In this document: positions 37,175 to 46,565 of the stretch, one piece after another
Layout: every line of letters begins with the position of its first letter
Numbering within the stretch: position 1 is the first letter of the stretch
Source of the DNA: Alphaproteobacteria bacterium
GTDB lineage: Bacteria > Pseudomonadota > Alphaproteobacteria > UBA828
Reading direction: 5' to 3'
Assembly (NCBI GenBank): GCA_965221125.1
Contig: CBDCRW010000003.1
Coordinates: 64,001-128,000 of the forward strand
Length of the DNA stretch: 64,000 nucleotides
Position numbers and translations under genes: made by a program
The notes under the pieces: model-generated
Databases searched by the model: none
The model's input: only the letters and a program-made list of their open reading frames with translations
What the model was told of the DNA's origin: nothing

Positions 37175-38115
37175 GGCTCGAACCAGCCGGGCCCGCAGGC
37201 CGCACGCAGCGCGGCGCCCGCGTCGCGGCCGATGGCCAGCGCATCCGCCACAGCGCCGGTGCGCTCGATGCGGTGGCAGACGCTGCCGTCGGGCTTCGCG
37301 ATCAGGGCATCGAGGCGAAGCTGCCCCGCGCCGTCCGGCACGGCGAGGCCGGCGATCGGCATGCGGCAGGAGCCGTCCAGAACCTCCAGCAACGCCCGCT
37401 CGCACTGGACCGCGGCGGTCGTCGCCGGATCGACGATGGGCTGCAGCATCGCCTTCACGCTGTCGTCGCCGGTCCGGCATTCGATGCCGAGCGCGCCCTG
37501 GCCGACCGCCGGCAGCATGTCGTCCGGCGCGAGCACCGCCATCCCTGCGACGTCCTCGCCGAGCCGCTTGAGGCCCGCGAGGGCCAGCAGCGTCGCGTCG
37601 GCCTCGCCATCGGCCACCTTGCGCATCCGGGTGCCGACGTTGCCCCGCATCGGCACGATGGCGATGTCGGGACGGCGCGCGAGAACTTGCGCCTGGCGGC
37701 GGAGCGACCCGGTGCCGACCCGCGCGCCCTGCGGCAGGTCGGCGAGGCTGGCTGCGCCCGGCAGGCCGCGCGCGATCAGCACGTCGCGCGGGTCCTCCCG
37801 CGCTGGCATCGCGGCGATCTCCAGCCCCCCCGGCAGCCACGTCGGCACGTCCTTCATCGAGTGCACGGCGAGATCGATGCGCCGGTCCAGCAGCGCCTCC
37901 TCGATCTCCTTCGTGAAGAGCCCCTTGCCGCCGATCTCGGCAAGCGGGCGGTCGACGATGCGATCGCCCGAGGTGGTGATGACGGTGGTGCGCAGCGCGC
38001 CGTCCTCGGCCAGCGCGGGATGGGCCGCCACGAGCTGGGCGCAGACGTGGCGGGTCTGGGCGATGGCGAGCGGGCTGCCCCGCGTCCCGACGACTATTGG
38101 CAGGCGCACGTCCAA
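37171..38115 (-). CDS. hemC: Hydroxymethylbilane synthase (start approximate)
   Basis: [35 protein letters not shown]. Confidence 0.95.
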   Translation of the reverse strand: MDVRLPIVVGTRGSPLAIAQTRHVCAQLVAAHPALAEDGALRTTVITTSGDRIVDRPLAEIGGKGLFTKEIEEALLDRRIDLAVHSMKDVPTWLPGGLEIAAMPAREDPRDVLIARGLPGAASLADLPQGARVGTGSLRRQAQVLARRPDIAIVPMRGNVGTRMRKVADGEADATLLALAGLKRLGEDVAGMAVLAPDDMLPAVGQGALGIECRTGDDSVKAMLQPIVDPATTAAVQCERALLEVLDGSCRMPIAGLAVPDGAGQLRLDALIAKPDGSVCHRIERTGAVADALAIGRDAGAALRAACGPGWFEP

Positions 38116-38239
38116 TACACCGAGTCGGTGTGGCCCGCCCCTTCTACACAGGGCGCTGCGGCGATGCGAGCGCTTTTCCTCCTGTCGTTGCGCTATGGGC
38201 CGTTGCGATCGCCGCCGCCGCCCGCTATGTGCTCGGCCC

Positions 38240-39313
38240 ATGATCGTCCTCGGCATCGAGACGAGCTGCGACGAAACGGCGGCCGCTGTGGTGACCGGCG
38301 AGCGCGCCATGCTGGCCAACCTCGTGCTCTCCCAGTGCGCCGACCACGCGCCCTACGGCGGCGTGGTGCCGGAGATCGCGGCGCGCAGCCACGTCGAGCA
38401 CCTGGACGGGCTCATCGCCCGCGCCATGGACGAGGCCGGCGTGGAATTTGCCGACCTGGACGGCGTGGCGGCGACCGCCGGCCCCGGCCTGATCGGCGCG
38501 GTCATGGTCGGGCTGATGACGGGCAAGGCGATCGCCGCCGTCCACGACAAGCCGCTGCTCGCCGTCAATCACCTGGAGGGGCACGCGCTCAGCCCGAGGC
38601 TGGTTGCCGAGGATCTGGACTTCCCCTACCTGCTTCTCCTGGTCTCGGGCGGGCACTGCCAGCTGCTGCTCGTGGACGAGGTGAGCAGCTACAGGCGGCT
38701 CGGCACCACCATCGACGACGCGGTGGGCGAAGCCTTCGACAAGGCGGCGATGCTGCTTGGACTCGGCTATCCGGGGGGGCCGGCGATCGAGCGCGCGGCG
38801 CGGGACGGCGACCCGGCGCGCATCGCCCTGCCCCGCCCGCTGGCCGGCCGGCCGGGCTGCGATTTCTCGTTCTCGGGCCTGAAGACCGCCGTGCTCCACG
38901 CCATCCAGGCGCTGGGCGCGCCCACGGACCGCGACCGCGCCGACATTGCCGCGTCGTTTCAGCGGGCGGTCACCGACGTGCTGGCGGACCGCACGGCAAA
39001 CGCCATCGCCATGCTGCGCGAGTCGAACGTGGAGCCGACGGCCCTGGTGGTGGCAGGGGGCGTCGCGGCCAACGGCGAGATCCGGCGGCGCATCGAGTCG
39101 CTGGCGGAAAACCGGGGCCTCGCCCTCGACATCCCGCCGCCCAGGCTGTGCACCGACAATGCGGCCATGATCGCCTGGGCCGGGATCGAGCGCCTGACGC
39201 GCGGCCTGGTCGACCCGCTTGACGCATCGCCCCGCGCGCGCTGGCCCCTCGACGAGGACGCCGGGCTCGCCGAGGGCGCCGGCGTGCCGGGACGGCTGGG
39301 GCGGCGGGCCTGA
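38240..39313 (+). CDS. tsaD: tRNA threonylcarbamoyltransferase TsaD
   Basis: [45 protein letters not shown]. Confidence 0.96.
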   Translation: MIVLGIETSCDETAAAVVTGERAMLANLVLSQCADHAPYGGVVPEIAARSHVEHLDGLIARAMDEAGVEFADLDGVAATAGPGLIGAVMVGLMTGKAIAAVHDKPLLAVNHLEGHALSPRLVAEDLDFPYLLLLVSGGHCQLLLVDEVSSYRRLGTTIDDAVGEAFDKAAMLLGLGYPGGPAIERAARDGDPARIALPRPLAGRPGCDFSFSGLKTAVLHAIQALGAPTDRDRADIAASFQRAVTDVLADRTANAIAMLRESNVEPTALVVAGGVAANGEIRRRIESLAENRGLALDIPPPRLCTDNAAMIAWAGIERLTRGLVDPLDASPRARWPLDEDAGLAEGAGVPGRLGRRA

Positions 39314-39323
39314 CCCCTGAGGT

Positions 39324-40151
39324 TTACAAGTCGCCGGCGCAGCGGAAGCCCACCATGTCGAGGCCGATGTCCGGCGGGTTCTTGTGGCGGTAGCTGACGC
39401 GAAGGCAGAACGGATTGTTGCCCCAGCCGCCGCCACGAATGACGTACTTGCCGCTGTCGCCGTCGGGGCTCGACGTCCATTCCCAGACGTTGCCGGCCAT
39501 GTCGTGAAGGCCGAAGGGCGAGACGCCGGCGGGATAGGAGCCGACCGGCGCGGTCTCGTGGTAGCCGTCGGTCATGTCCGCCGCGCAGCACTTGTTGGCG
39601 CCGTAGTTCGCGCGCCTCGTGCCGCCCTCGTCCGGCGCCGCCCCGCCCCAGGGGAAGATGCGCCCGTCCGTGCCGCGCGCGGCGAACTCCCACTCCTCCT
39701 CGCTCGGCAAGCGAAGGCCGTAGTAGCGGCAGAAGGCGCGGGCGTCGTTCCAGCTCACCTGCACGACCGGGTGATCGCCCAGGCCGATCAGGTCCGACGC
39801 CGGCCCGCTGCGATGGCGCCAGTCGGCGCCCGGCACCCTGGTCCAGCGGCCGGGCCAGACGTAGCCGAAGCCGCGCCGCTCGGGATCGGTGACGTGGCCG
39901 GTCTCGGCGGCGAAGGCGGCGAACTGGGCGTTGGTCACCTCGAAGCGCATGAGCTGGAACGGCGCCACCGTGACAGGTCGGGGCGCCTCGTCGGGCCGGC
40001 CGTCGGGATCGCCCGCCTCGAAGCTGCCGGCCGGGATCGCGACCATCTCGAAGGCGGTCTCGGCCTGACCCGCCGATACGGGCAGCGCAGCAAGTGGGAG
40101 CACGGCCGCCACGACGAGCACCGCTCCGAGTCGCGCCGCTCCCTGGATCAC
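39324..40151 (-). CDS. FGE-sulfatase (SUMF1-like) domain protein, exported
   Basis: EVTNAQF, HPVVQVSWNDA, RLPSEEEWE, DMAGNVWEW, GFRC; GTG with GGAGG RBS. Confidence 0.88.
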   Translation of the reverse strand: MIQGAARLGAVLVVAAVLPLAALPVSAGQAETAFEMVAIPAGSFEAGDPDGRPDEAPRPVTVAPFQLMRFEVTNAQFAAFAAETGHVTDPERRGFGYVWPGRWTRVPGADWRHRSGPASDLIGLGDHPVVQVSWNDARAFCRYYGLRLPSEEEWEFAARGTDGRIFPWGGAAPDEGGTRRANYGANKCCAADMTDGYHETAPVGSYPAGVSPFGLHDMAGNVWEWTSSPDGDSGKYVIRGGGWGNNPFCLRVSYRHKNPPDIGLDMVGFRCAGDL

Positions 40152-40274
40152 GCCCCCTCCTCCCGCCGCCGCCGGGCGGTCGGCAGCCGGCCGTCGTTCC
40201 GGCATAGTGTCGTTCCGGCATAGTATCGGTAGCCGCCAGTGGAGTCGGAAGAAACTGCCGGCAGGGAGAGACGC

Positions 40275-41141
40275 ATGGTGAGTGTTCCGATCGTCGACGC
40301 CCACGTTCATCTCTACGACACGCGACAGTTCCCCTACGCGTGGATGAAGGACGTGCCGAAGCTCGACAAGCCCCATCTGCCGGCCGACTACCGTGCCGCC
40401 ATCGGCAAGGCCCCGGTCGAGCAGGTCGTGTTCGTGGAGGTCTGGATCGACACGCCGCATCAGATGGCCGAGGCCGAGTGGGTCTCGGGGCTGTTCGAGT
40501 CGGTGCCGGAGCTGCGGGGAATCGTCGCGGCCGTGCCGCTAGAAGACGGCGCCGGGGCGGAAGGCGCAGTGGCCCGGCTCGCGGAGATGGAGCACGTGAA
40601 GGCGGTGCGCCGGCTGATCGAGTTCGAGCCGGACGTCGATTTCTGCCTGCAGCCGGGCTTCGTCGAAGGCGTCAAGCTGCTGGCCAAGTACGACCTCAGC
40701 TTCGACATCTGCGTGAAGCACTTTCAGCTCGCCAACGCCGTGGAGCTGGTGCGGCGCTGCCCCGAGGTCCGCTTCGTGCTCGACCACATCGGCAAGCCGC
40801 CGATCCGGGCGGGGGAGTTCGACCCGTGGCGCGAAAATATTCGCGCCATGGCGGCGCTGCCCAACGTCTGCTGCAAGATTTCGGGCGTCATCACCGAGGC
40901 GGATCACGACAACTGGACGCGCGAGCACGTGCGGCCTTACCTGGATCACGCCATCGAGGCGTTCGGGATCGATCGCGTGATGTTCGGCAGCGACTGGTCG
41001 GTGTCCGAGCTCACGCACGCTTACGAGGAGTGGGTGGATATCGTCGAGTGGACGATGAGCGGCAGCTCCGAGGGCGAAATGAGGAAGCTGTTCCGCGACA
41101 ACGCGATTTCGTTCTACCGCTTGCCGCAGACCGGAGACTGA
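40275..41141 (+). CDS. Amidohydrolase_2 family (L-fuconolactonase-like)
   Basis: VDAHVH, LDHIGKP, CKISG, MFGSDW. Confidence 0.88.
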   Translation: MVSVPIVDAHVHLYDTRQFPYAWMKDVPKLDKPHLPADYRAAIGKAPVEQVVFVEVWIDTPHQMAEAEWVSGLFESVPELRGIVAAVPLEDGAGAEGAVARLAEMEHVKAVRRLIEFEPDVDFCLQPGFVEGVKLLAKYDLSFDICVKHFQLANAVELVRRCPEVRFVLDHIGKPPIRAGEFDPWRENIRAMAALPNVCCKISGVITEADHDNWTREHVRPYLDHAIEAFGIDRVMFGSDWSVSELTHAYEEWVDIVEWTMSGSSEGEMRKLFRDNAISFYRLPQTGD

Positions 41142-41181
41142 GCGTCATGAGGCTGGGACTCCTCAAGTTCGGGGCGGCGCG

Positions 41182-42195
41182 ATGAAGCGCATCGGCGTAA
41201 TTGGCGGCGGCGCGTGGGGCACGGCGCTCGCGACAGTCGCGGCGCGCGCCGGCCGCGCGGTGACGCTCTGGGCGCGCGAGACGGACGTGGTCGAGTCCAT
41301 CGACGCGCGTCACGAGAACCGGCGCTTTCTGCCCGGCATCGGCCTGGACCCGGCCATGCGCGCGACCGACGATCTGCGCGAGGCGGCGCGCGCCGATCTC
41401 CTGCTCCTGGTCACGCCGGCGCAGAACCTCGCGGCCATCGTGGACGAGCTTGCCCAGGCTGCGGAGGACCTGCCGCCCTGCGTGGTCTGCGCCAAGGGGA
41501 TCGAGCGCCAGACCGGCGCGCTCATGAGCGAGGCCGTGCGCCGGGCCGCGCCGGGGCTGCCGCTCGCCGTGCTCTCCGGCCCCACCTTCGCGCGCGAGGT
41601 GGCGACGGGCCTCCCCGCCGCAGTCTCGCTCGCCTGCGAGGACGCCCGCCTGGGCAGGGCCGTGGTCGATGCGCTGGGCGGCCCGGCCTTCCGCCCCTAT
41701 CTCACGGACGATCTGATCGGCGTGCAGATCGGCGGCGCGGTCAAGAACGTGATCGCCATCGCCGCCGGCATCGCCGTGGGCCGGGGTCTGGGGGACAACG
41801 CGCGCGCCGCCATCGTCGCGCGGGGCTTCGCCGAGCTTACGCGCCTCGCCGCCGCCAAGGGCGCGCGGCCGGAGACCCTGGCCGGGCTCTCCGGGCTCGG
41901 CGACCTCGTGCTGACCTGCACCAGCGATCAGTCGCGCAACTACACCTTCGGCATCGCGCTCGGACGGGGTGAGTCGCCCGCAACGGTTCTCGATGCCCGC
42001 GAGGCGGTCACCGAAGGCGTGACGAGCGCGCCGGCCATCGTGACGCTGGCATCGACGCTCGGGGTCGAGATGCCGATCGCCGGCGCGGTGCACGCGGTGC
42101 TTCACCGGGGCGCATCGGTCGACGACGCCATCGGCGGGCTGCTCGCACGCCCCTTCAAGCCCGAAGCCGGCGCCGGCCGCGGCGACGGCCGCTAG
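41182..42195 (+). CDS. gpsA: NAD(P)H-dependent glycerol-3-phosphate dehydrogenase
   Basis: GGGAWGTALA, KGIE, SGPTFAREVA, KNVIAIAAG, GLGDLVLTC, SRN. Confidence 0.96.
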   Translation: MKRIGVIGGGAWGTALATVAARAGRAVTLWARETDVVESIDARHENRRFLPGIGLDPAMRATDDLREAARADLLLLVTPAQNLAAIVDELAQAAEDLPPCVVCAKGIERQTGALMSEAVRRAAPGLPLAVLSGPTFAREVATGLPAAVSLACEDARLGRAVVDALGGPAFRPYLTDDLIGVQIGGAVKNVIAIAAGIAVGRGLGDNARAAIVARGFAELTRLAAAKGARPETLAGLSGLGDLVLTCTSDQSRNYTFGIALGRGESPATVLDAREAVTEGVTSAPAIVTLASTLGVEMPIAGAVHAVLHRGASVDDAIGGLLARPFKPEAGAGRGDGR

Positions 42196-42427
42196 AGCGA
42201 ATCCGACCTTGCGAGATCATTGCGGCCGAACGTTCCCACCTCCCCCTGTCCCCCTCCCCCCAATGGGCGGAGGGGGGACGCAAGCCGCGCCGGTCTTTTC
42301 TCCCTCTCCGCCCCTGGGGGCGGAGAGGGCCGGGGAGAGGTGGGGGTTTCTTTTCTGGCCGCGCGGCATGTGAAACCGTGACCCTGCGACAACCGCGAAC
42401 GATTCCATCCGGTCGGATAGTGCTCTA
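42193..42427. mobile_element. MITE-like element enclosing a REP-like palindrome doublet
   Basis: Ends TAGAGCGAATCCGACC and GGTCGGATAGTGCTCTA; internal CCCTCTCCGCCC/GGGCGGAGAGGG hairpin inside CCCACC...GGTGGG. Confidence 0.7.
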
Positions 42428-42509
42428 ACGGCTCACCGATGGTGGCTTGACAAGACAAGGCCTTACCCTGTTTTCTCCGCACCGCCCGCTCGTCACGTGC
42501 GGGCATCCT

Positions 42510-42596
42510 GCGGCTGTGGCGGAACTGGTAGACGCGCAGCGTTGAGGGCGCTGTGGGGGCGACCCCGTGGAGGTTCGAGTCCTCTCAGCCGCACCA
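42510..42596 (+). tRNA. tRNA-Leu(GAG)
   Basis: 87 nt, long variable arm, CAGCG-TTGAGGG-CGCTG, CCA end; TTGACA at 42447. Confidence 0.96.
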
Positions 42597-42605
42597 TCTG
42601 GCCTG

Positions 42606-42692
<87 letters not shown>

Positions 42693-42715
42693 GGTGGATG
42701 GGCGACGGCGGGCGG

Positions 42716-42934
42716 TCAGCGCTTCGGCCGCTGCTCTCCCGAGATGAACGAGCCGAGCATCTTGCCCGCCTCGCGCACGGGGTCCCTCGCGGTAGCGACA
42801 TCGGCGACCTTGTCCGCCGCCTTATCCATCTTCCCGTCGACCGCCCGGAAAGCCTGCCCCGCCTTCTTCTGCACGCGCGGGTCGGCAGCGGCGCGCTTCG
42901 CCAGCGACCAGAGAACTGTACGCAGAATGGCCAT
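42716..42934 (-). CDS. Small hypothetical protein (72 aa, basic, amphipathic)
   Basis: Coding-like codon usage; fills the gap between the tRNA and the hydantoinase gene. Confidence 0.6.
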   Translation of the reverse strand: MAILRTVLWSLAKRAAADPRVQKKAGQAFRAVDGKMDKAADKVADVATARDPVREAGKMLGSFISGEQRPKR

Positions 42935-43032
42935 GGCGCCATTCTAGCGCGTCTGGCCGCCGCGGCCTCAAGATTCTCTCCCTCGACTCCGGCGCACCGC
43001 TTGGGCACAAGAAGCGGCATGGAAGAGCACCC

Positions 43033-45156
43033 ATGAGCACCTATCTCTGCGGCATCGACATCGGCGGCACGTTCACCGACTGCGTGGTGGTGGACGAGGC
43101 GGGCCAGGTGACCACGGGCAAGGCGCCGTCCACACCGGCCGACTTCGGCGAAGGGCTGATCGCGGCCCTCGACATCGTCGCCGGCAAGCTGGGCACGCCA
43201 CTCGACGCGCTCTGCACCGAGCTCGCGGTGCTGGCCCACGGTACCACGGTCGGCACCAACGCGATCATTCAGAAGAAGGGCGTGAAGGTCGGCCTCATCA
43301 CCACCAAGGGCCACAACGACGTCATCCACATCATGCGGGGCTCGCGCGGGCTGACCGGCCGCGACATCCGCCTCGTCGTGCACATCCCTGAGAGCAGCAA
43401 GCCCGACCCCATCGTGCCCAAGTACCTGATCGAGGGCGTGTCGGAGCGCGTGGACTGCTTCGGCAAGGTCGTGGTCGAGCTGAACGAGGAGGAGGCGGAG
43501 CAGGCGATCCGCCGGCTGGTCGCCGACGGCGTCGAGGCGCTCGCGATCTGCTTCCTCTGGTCGTTCCTCGCGCCCGCGCACGAGCAGCGGGTCAAGGCGA
43601 TGGTCGAGCGCATCGCGCCCGGCCTCTTCGTCACGTGTTCGTCGGAGCTGGTGCCGAAGTGGGGCGAGTACGAGCGCACCGCCGCGGTCGCGCTCAACGC
43701 CTACATCGGCCCGCTGGTGACTGGCTATCTCGCGCGGATGGACCGGCGCACGACCGACCTCGGCTACGACCATCCGCTGCAGATCACGCAGTGCGCGGGC
43801 GGCACGATCCCCGTCGCCAAGGCGATGGCGGCGCCGCTGCTGACGCTCGATTCCGGCCCGGTCGCGGGCGTCACCGGCTCGCGCTACGCGGGCGGCATCA
43901 TGGGCTACGAGAACGTCATCACCACGGACATGGGCGGCACCTCCTTCGACGTCGGCATCATCCACGGCGGCGAGCCGGCGTTCTCCTACCGGAGCCTGGT
44001 GCACCAGTACGAGTACTACCTCTCCAAGGTGGACATCCAGGTGATCGGCGCGGGCGGCGGCAGCATGGCGCGGATCGACGAGGCGACCGGCGCCTTCCGC
44101 GTAGGGCCAGAGAGCGCAGGCGCGGACCCCGGCCCGGTGTGCTACGGGCGGGGCGGCACCGTGCCGACGGTGACGGACGCCGACCTGGTGCTGGGCTACC
44201 TCGACCCCGACAACTTCGCGGGCGGCGCCATCGCCCTCGACCGCGAGGCTTCGGCGCGGGCGCTCGCGCCGATGGGCGAGCGGCTCGGAATGGGGCTCGA
44301 CGAGACGGCGAGCGGGATCGCACGCATCGTCGAGTTCCAGATGGCCGACCTGATCCGCAAGGTGACGATCCAGAAGGGCCACGACCCGCGCGACTTCGTG
44401 ATCTTCGCCTTCGGCGGCGCGGGCCCCACGCACGCCGGCGTCTTCGCGCAGGAGTTGGGGGTCTCGAAGGTGATCGTGCCGCAGCGCGAGACCGCCTCGG
44501 TCTGGTGCGCCTTCGGCGCGGCGGCGGCGGACCTGCTGCACGTCCACGAGCAGGTCAACATCATGCGCTCGCCCTTCGACGCCGGGGCCATCAACGCGGT
44601 GCTTGCGGAGCTGAAGACGCGGGGCGCCGCGGACCTTGCGGCCGACGATGTCGCGCCGGCGGACTGGCACTACCGCTTCACCCTCGACATGCGGCACAAG
44701 GGCCAGATCAACGAGGTGGAGATCGAGCTGGCGGGCGAGACCGTCGCCGCCGATCAGATCGGCGCGCTGCACGAAGAATTCCGCCAGCGCTACGAGGCGC
44801 TCTACGGGCGGGGCGCGGCGTTGCCCAACGCGCAGCTCGAGATCGTGACCTTCCGCTGCCGCGCGTCCGGCGTCACCCGCAAGCCCCGGCTCACCGCCGC
44901 CGACGCGCTGCCGCCGGATCCTGCGCTCGAGGCGCGCCGGCCGCCGCGCTCGGTCTACTGGGCGGAGTGGAAGCGCCGCGCCGAGACCCCCATCTACGAC
45001 GGCGCCCGCCTCGTGCCGGGCAACCGCATCGAGGGCCCGGCGGTGATCGACACCGAGGTCACGACGGTGGTGGTGCATCCAGGCCAGACGCTTGCCGTCG
45101 ACGTGTACGGCAACTTCGAGATCACGCTCGCCGCCGGCACGGACGGTGCGGGATGA
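43033..45156 (+). CDS. Hydantoinase/oxoprolinase subunit A (no adjacent B subunit)
   Basis: DIGGTFTD, HGTT, SGPVAG, DMGGTSFD, GPVCYG, FGGAGP. Confidence 0.93.
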   Translation: MSTYLCGIDIGGTFTDCVVVDEAGQVTTGKAPSTPADFGEGLIAALDIVAGKLGTPLDALCTELAVLAHGTTVGTNAIIQKKGVKVGLITTKGHNDVIHIMRGSRGLTGRDIRLVVHIPESSKPDPIVPKYLIEGVSERVDCFGKVVVELNEEEAEQAIRRLVADGVEALAICFLWSFLAPAHEQRVKAMVERIAPGLFVTCSSELVPKWGEYERTAAVALNAYIGPLVTGYLARMDRRTTDLGYDHPLQITQCAGGTIPVAKAMAAPLLTLDSGPVAGVTGSRYAGGIMGYENVITTDMGGTSFDVGIIHGGEPAFSYRSLVHQYEYYLSKVDIQVIGAGGGSMARIDEATGAFRVGPESAGADPGPVCYGRGGTVPTVTDADLVLGYLDPDNFAGGAIALDREASARALAPMGERLGMGLDETASGIARIVEFQMADLIRKVTIQKGHDPRDFVIFAFGGAGPTHAGVFAQELGVSKVIVPQRETASVWCAFGAAAADLLHVHEQVNIMRSPFDAGAINAVLAELKTRGAADLAADDVAPADWHYRFTLDMRHKGQINEVEIELAGETVAADQIGALHEEFRQRYEALYGRGAALPNAQLEIVTFRCRASGVTRKPRLTAADALPPDPALEARRPPRSVYWAEWKRRAETPIYDGARLVPGNRIEGPAVIDTEVTTVVVHPGQTLAVDVYGNFEITLAAGTDGAG

Positions 45157-45187
45157 GCGCAAGGCAGCGACGGACGGGAGACGCGCC

Positions 45188-45481
45188 ATGGACCTGACGG
45201 CCTTCGAACGCTCGCTGGACGACGCCGCGCCGCCGGAGGGCCTGAGCAAGGCGCTCCAGGCGCTCTGGCAGGAGGCGAAGGGCGCGTGGCACGAGGCCCA
45301 CGACCTCGCCCAGGCCGACAAGGGACCGGAAGGCGCCTGGGTCCACGCCTATCTCCACCGGGTCGAGGGCGACCTCCGCAACGCGGGCTACTGGTATCGG
45401 CGCGCCGGGCATCCCGAGTCGAAGGATGCGCTGCGCGACGAGTGGCGGGCCATCGCGACGGCGCTGCTCGCCCAGAAGTAG
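45188..45481 (+). CDS. Conserved hypothetical helical protein
   Basis: W..AH..AQ, AWVHAYLHRVEGD..NA.YWY.RAG; GGGAGA RBS. Confidence 0.8.
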   Translation: MDLTAFERSLDDAAPPEGLSKALQALWQEAKGAWHEAHDLAQADKGPEGAWVHAYLHRVEGDLRNAGYWYRRAGHPESKDALRDEWRAIATALLAQK

Positions 45482-45654
45482 GGAGACCGCTGCCGCTACG
45501 CGCTGTCCACCTGCAGGGACTTGGCAAAGTGACTCGGGGGGGTATTGCGCTCAACAATGGGACCGGTGGTGACTCCGCCACTGACCACTGCGGTGAGTGG
45601 CGATCCAAAAGGACGCGTGATACGTTTCGACCAAAATGGAAACGGAGTTCTGCA

Positions 45655-45978
45655 ATGTCTCGTGCTATCGTCCTTGGCTTCCTTACCCTCTGTCTACTGT
45701 TTCCTGCGACAATTCGCGCTCAAGACTACGACGCTGAAATTACTACCCACGTTATTGATCCCTGCATCTTGGCCGCCGTCAGACACAACGATCTCGACGA
45801 GCTGATGGATGAGTACGAGGCATTGGCGACCATGAAGCTCCTCATGGCGAATAACATCAGCGAGATCGCTGACAGCGTTAAGAGTTTGGTCAGTGGAAGG
45901 GACCGTGAAACGCGCATGCAACTTTACCCGGTACTGCGCGGACTCTGTATCGAGAGTATGCTCAGCGCCGGAAACTAA
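45655..45978 (+). CDS. Hypothetical secreted protein (lower GC)
   Basis: GGAG RBS; signal peptide MSRAIVLGFLTLCLLFPATIRA; two Cys in the mature part. Confidence 0.65.
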   Translation: MSRAIVLGFLTLCLLFPATIRAQDYDAEITTHVIDPCILAAVRHNDLDELMDEYEALATMKLLMANNISEIADSVKSLVSGRDRETRMQLYPVLRGLCIESMLSAGN

Positions 45979-46161
45979 ATCAGAATATTAGTTGAGGAGC
46001 CGCTCAAGAGTTTGTAAGAATTTGAGCGTACATTTGGGGTGCGGTTCCGTCAGGCGCATAAGCTCCAAGAATAGCTGCGACGGGAACACGCGCACGGGTG
46101 CCGTTGACGGGCCCCGGAGCGCTCCCTACATTCCACCCATCGCCGCCTCGGAGGAGCATCC

Positions 46162-46482
46162 ATGAGCGTTACCCACGTCACCGACGCCGAGTTCGAAGAG
46201 AAGGTCCTGAATGCGGACGGCCCCGTGCTGGTCGACTTCTGGGCCGACTGGTGCGGCCCGTGCAAGGCGATCGCGCCTGCGCTGGAGGAAATCGCCGGCG
46301 AGATGAGCGACTCGCTCTCGGTGGCCAAGCTGGACGTGGATTCGAACCCGTCGACGCCGGCGAAGTACGGCATCCGGGGCATTCCGACGCTGATCCTCTT
46401 CAAGGGCGGCGAGGTCGCCGATACCAAGGTGGGCGCGCTGCCCAAGGCCAAGCTCTCCGAGTGGCTGCGCGGCGCGGTCTGA
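46162..46482 (+). CDS. trxA: Thioredoxin
   Basis: [16 protein letters not shown]. Confidence 0.96.
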   Translation: MSVTHVTDAEFEEKVLNADGPVLVDFWADWCGPCKAIAPALEEIAGEMSDSLSVAKLDVDSNPSTPAKYGIRGIPTLILFKGGEVADTKVGALPKAKLSEWLRGAV

Positions 46483-46565
46483 GCGTCGGAAAACAGGAAA
46501 TTACAAAACGAAGCCAATTCCGCGTAATTTGTTGTTATAAAACGAAAATTTATGAATAACGCCGG

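Noticed and set aside
36431-39313. 882-aa tsaD and 469-aa hemD ORFs
   Set aside because: Same artefact; the recognisable domains begin at 38240 and 37174.
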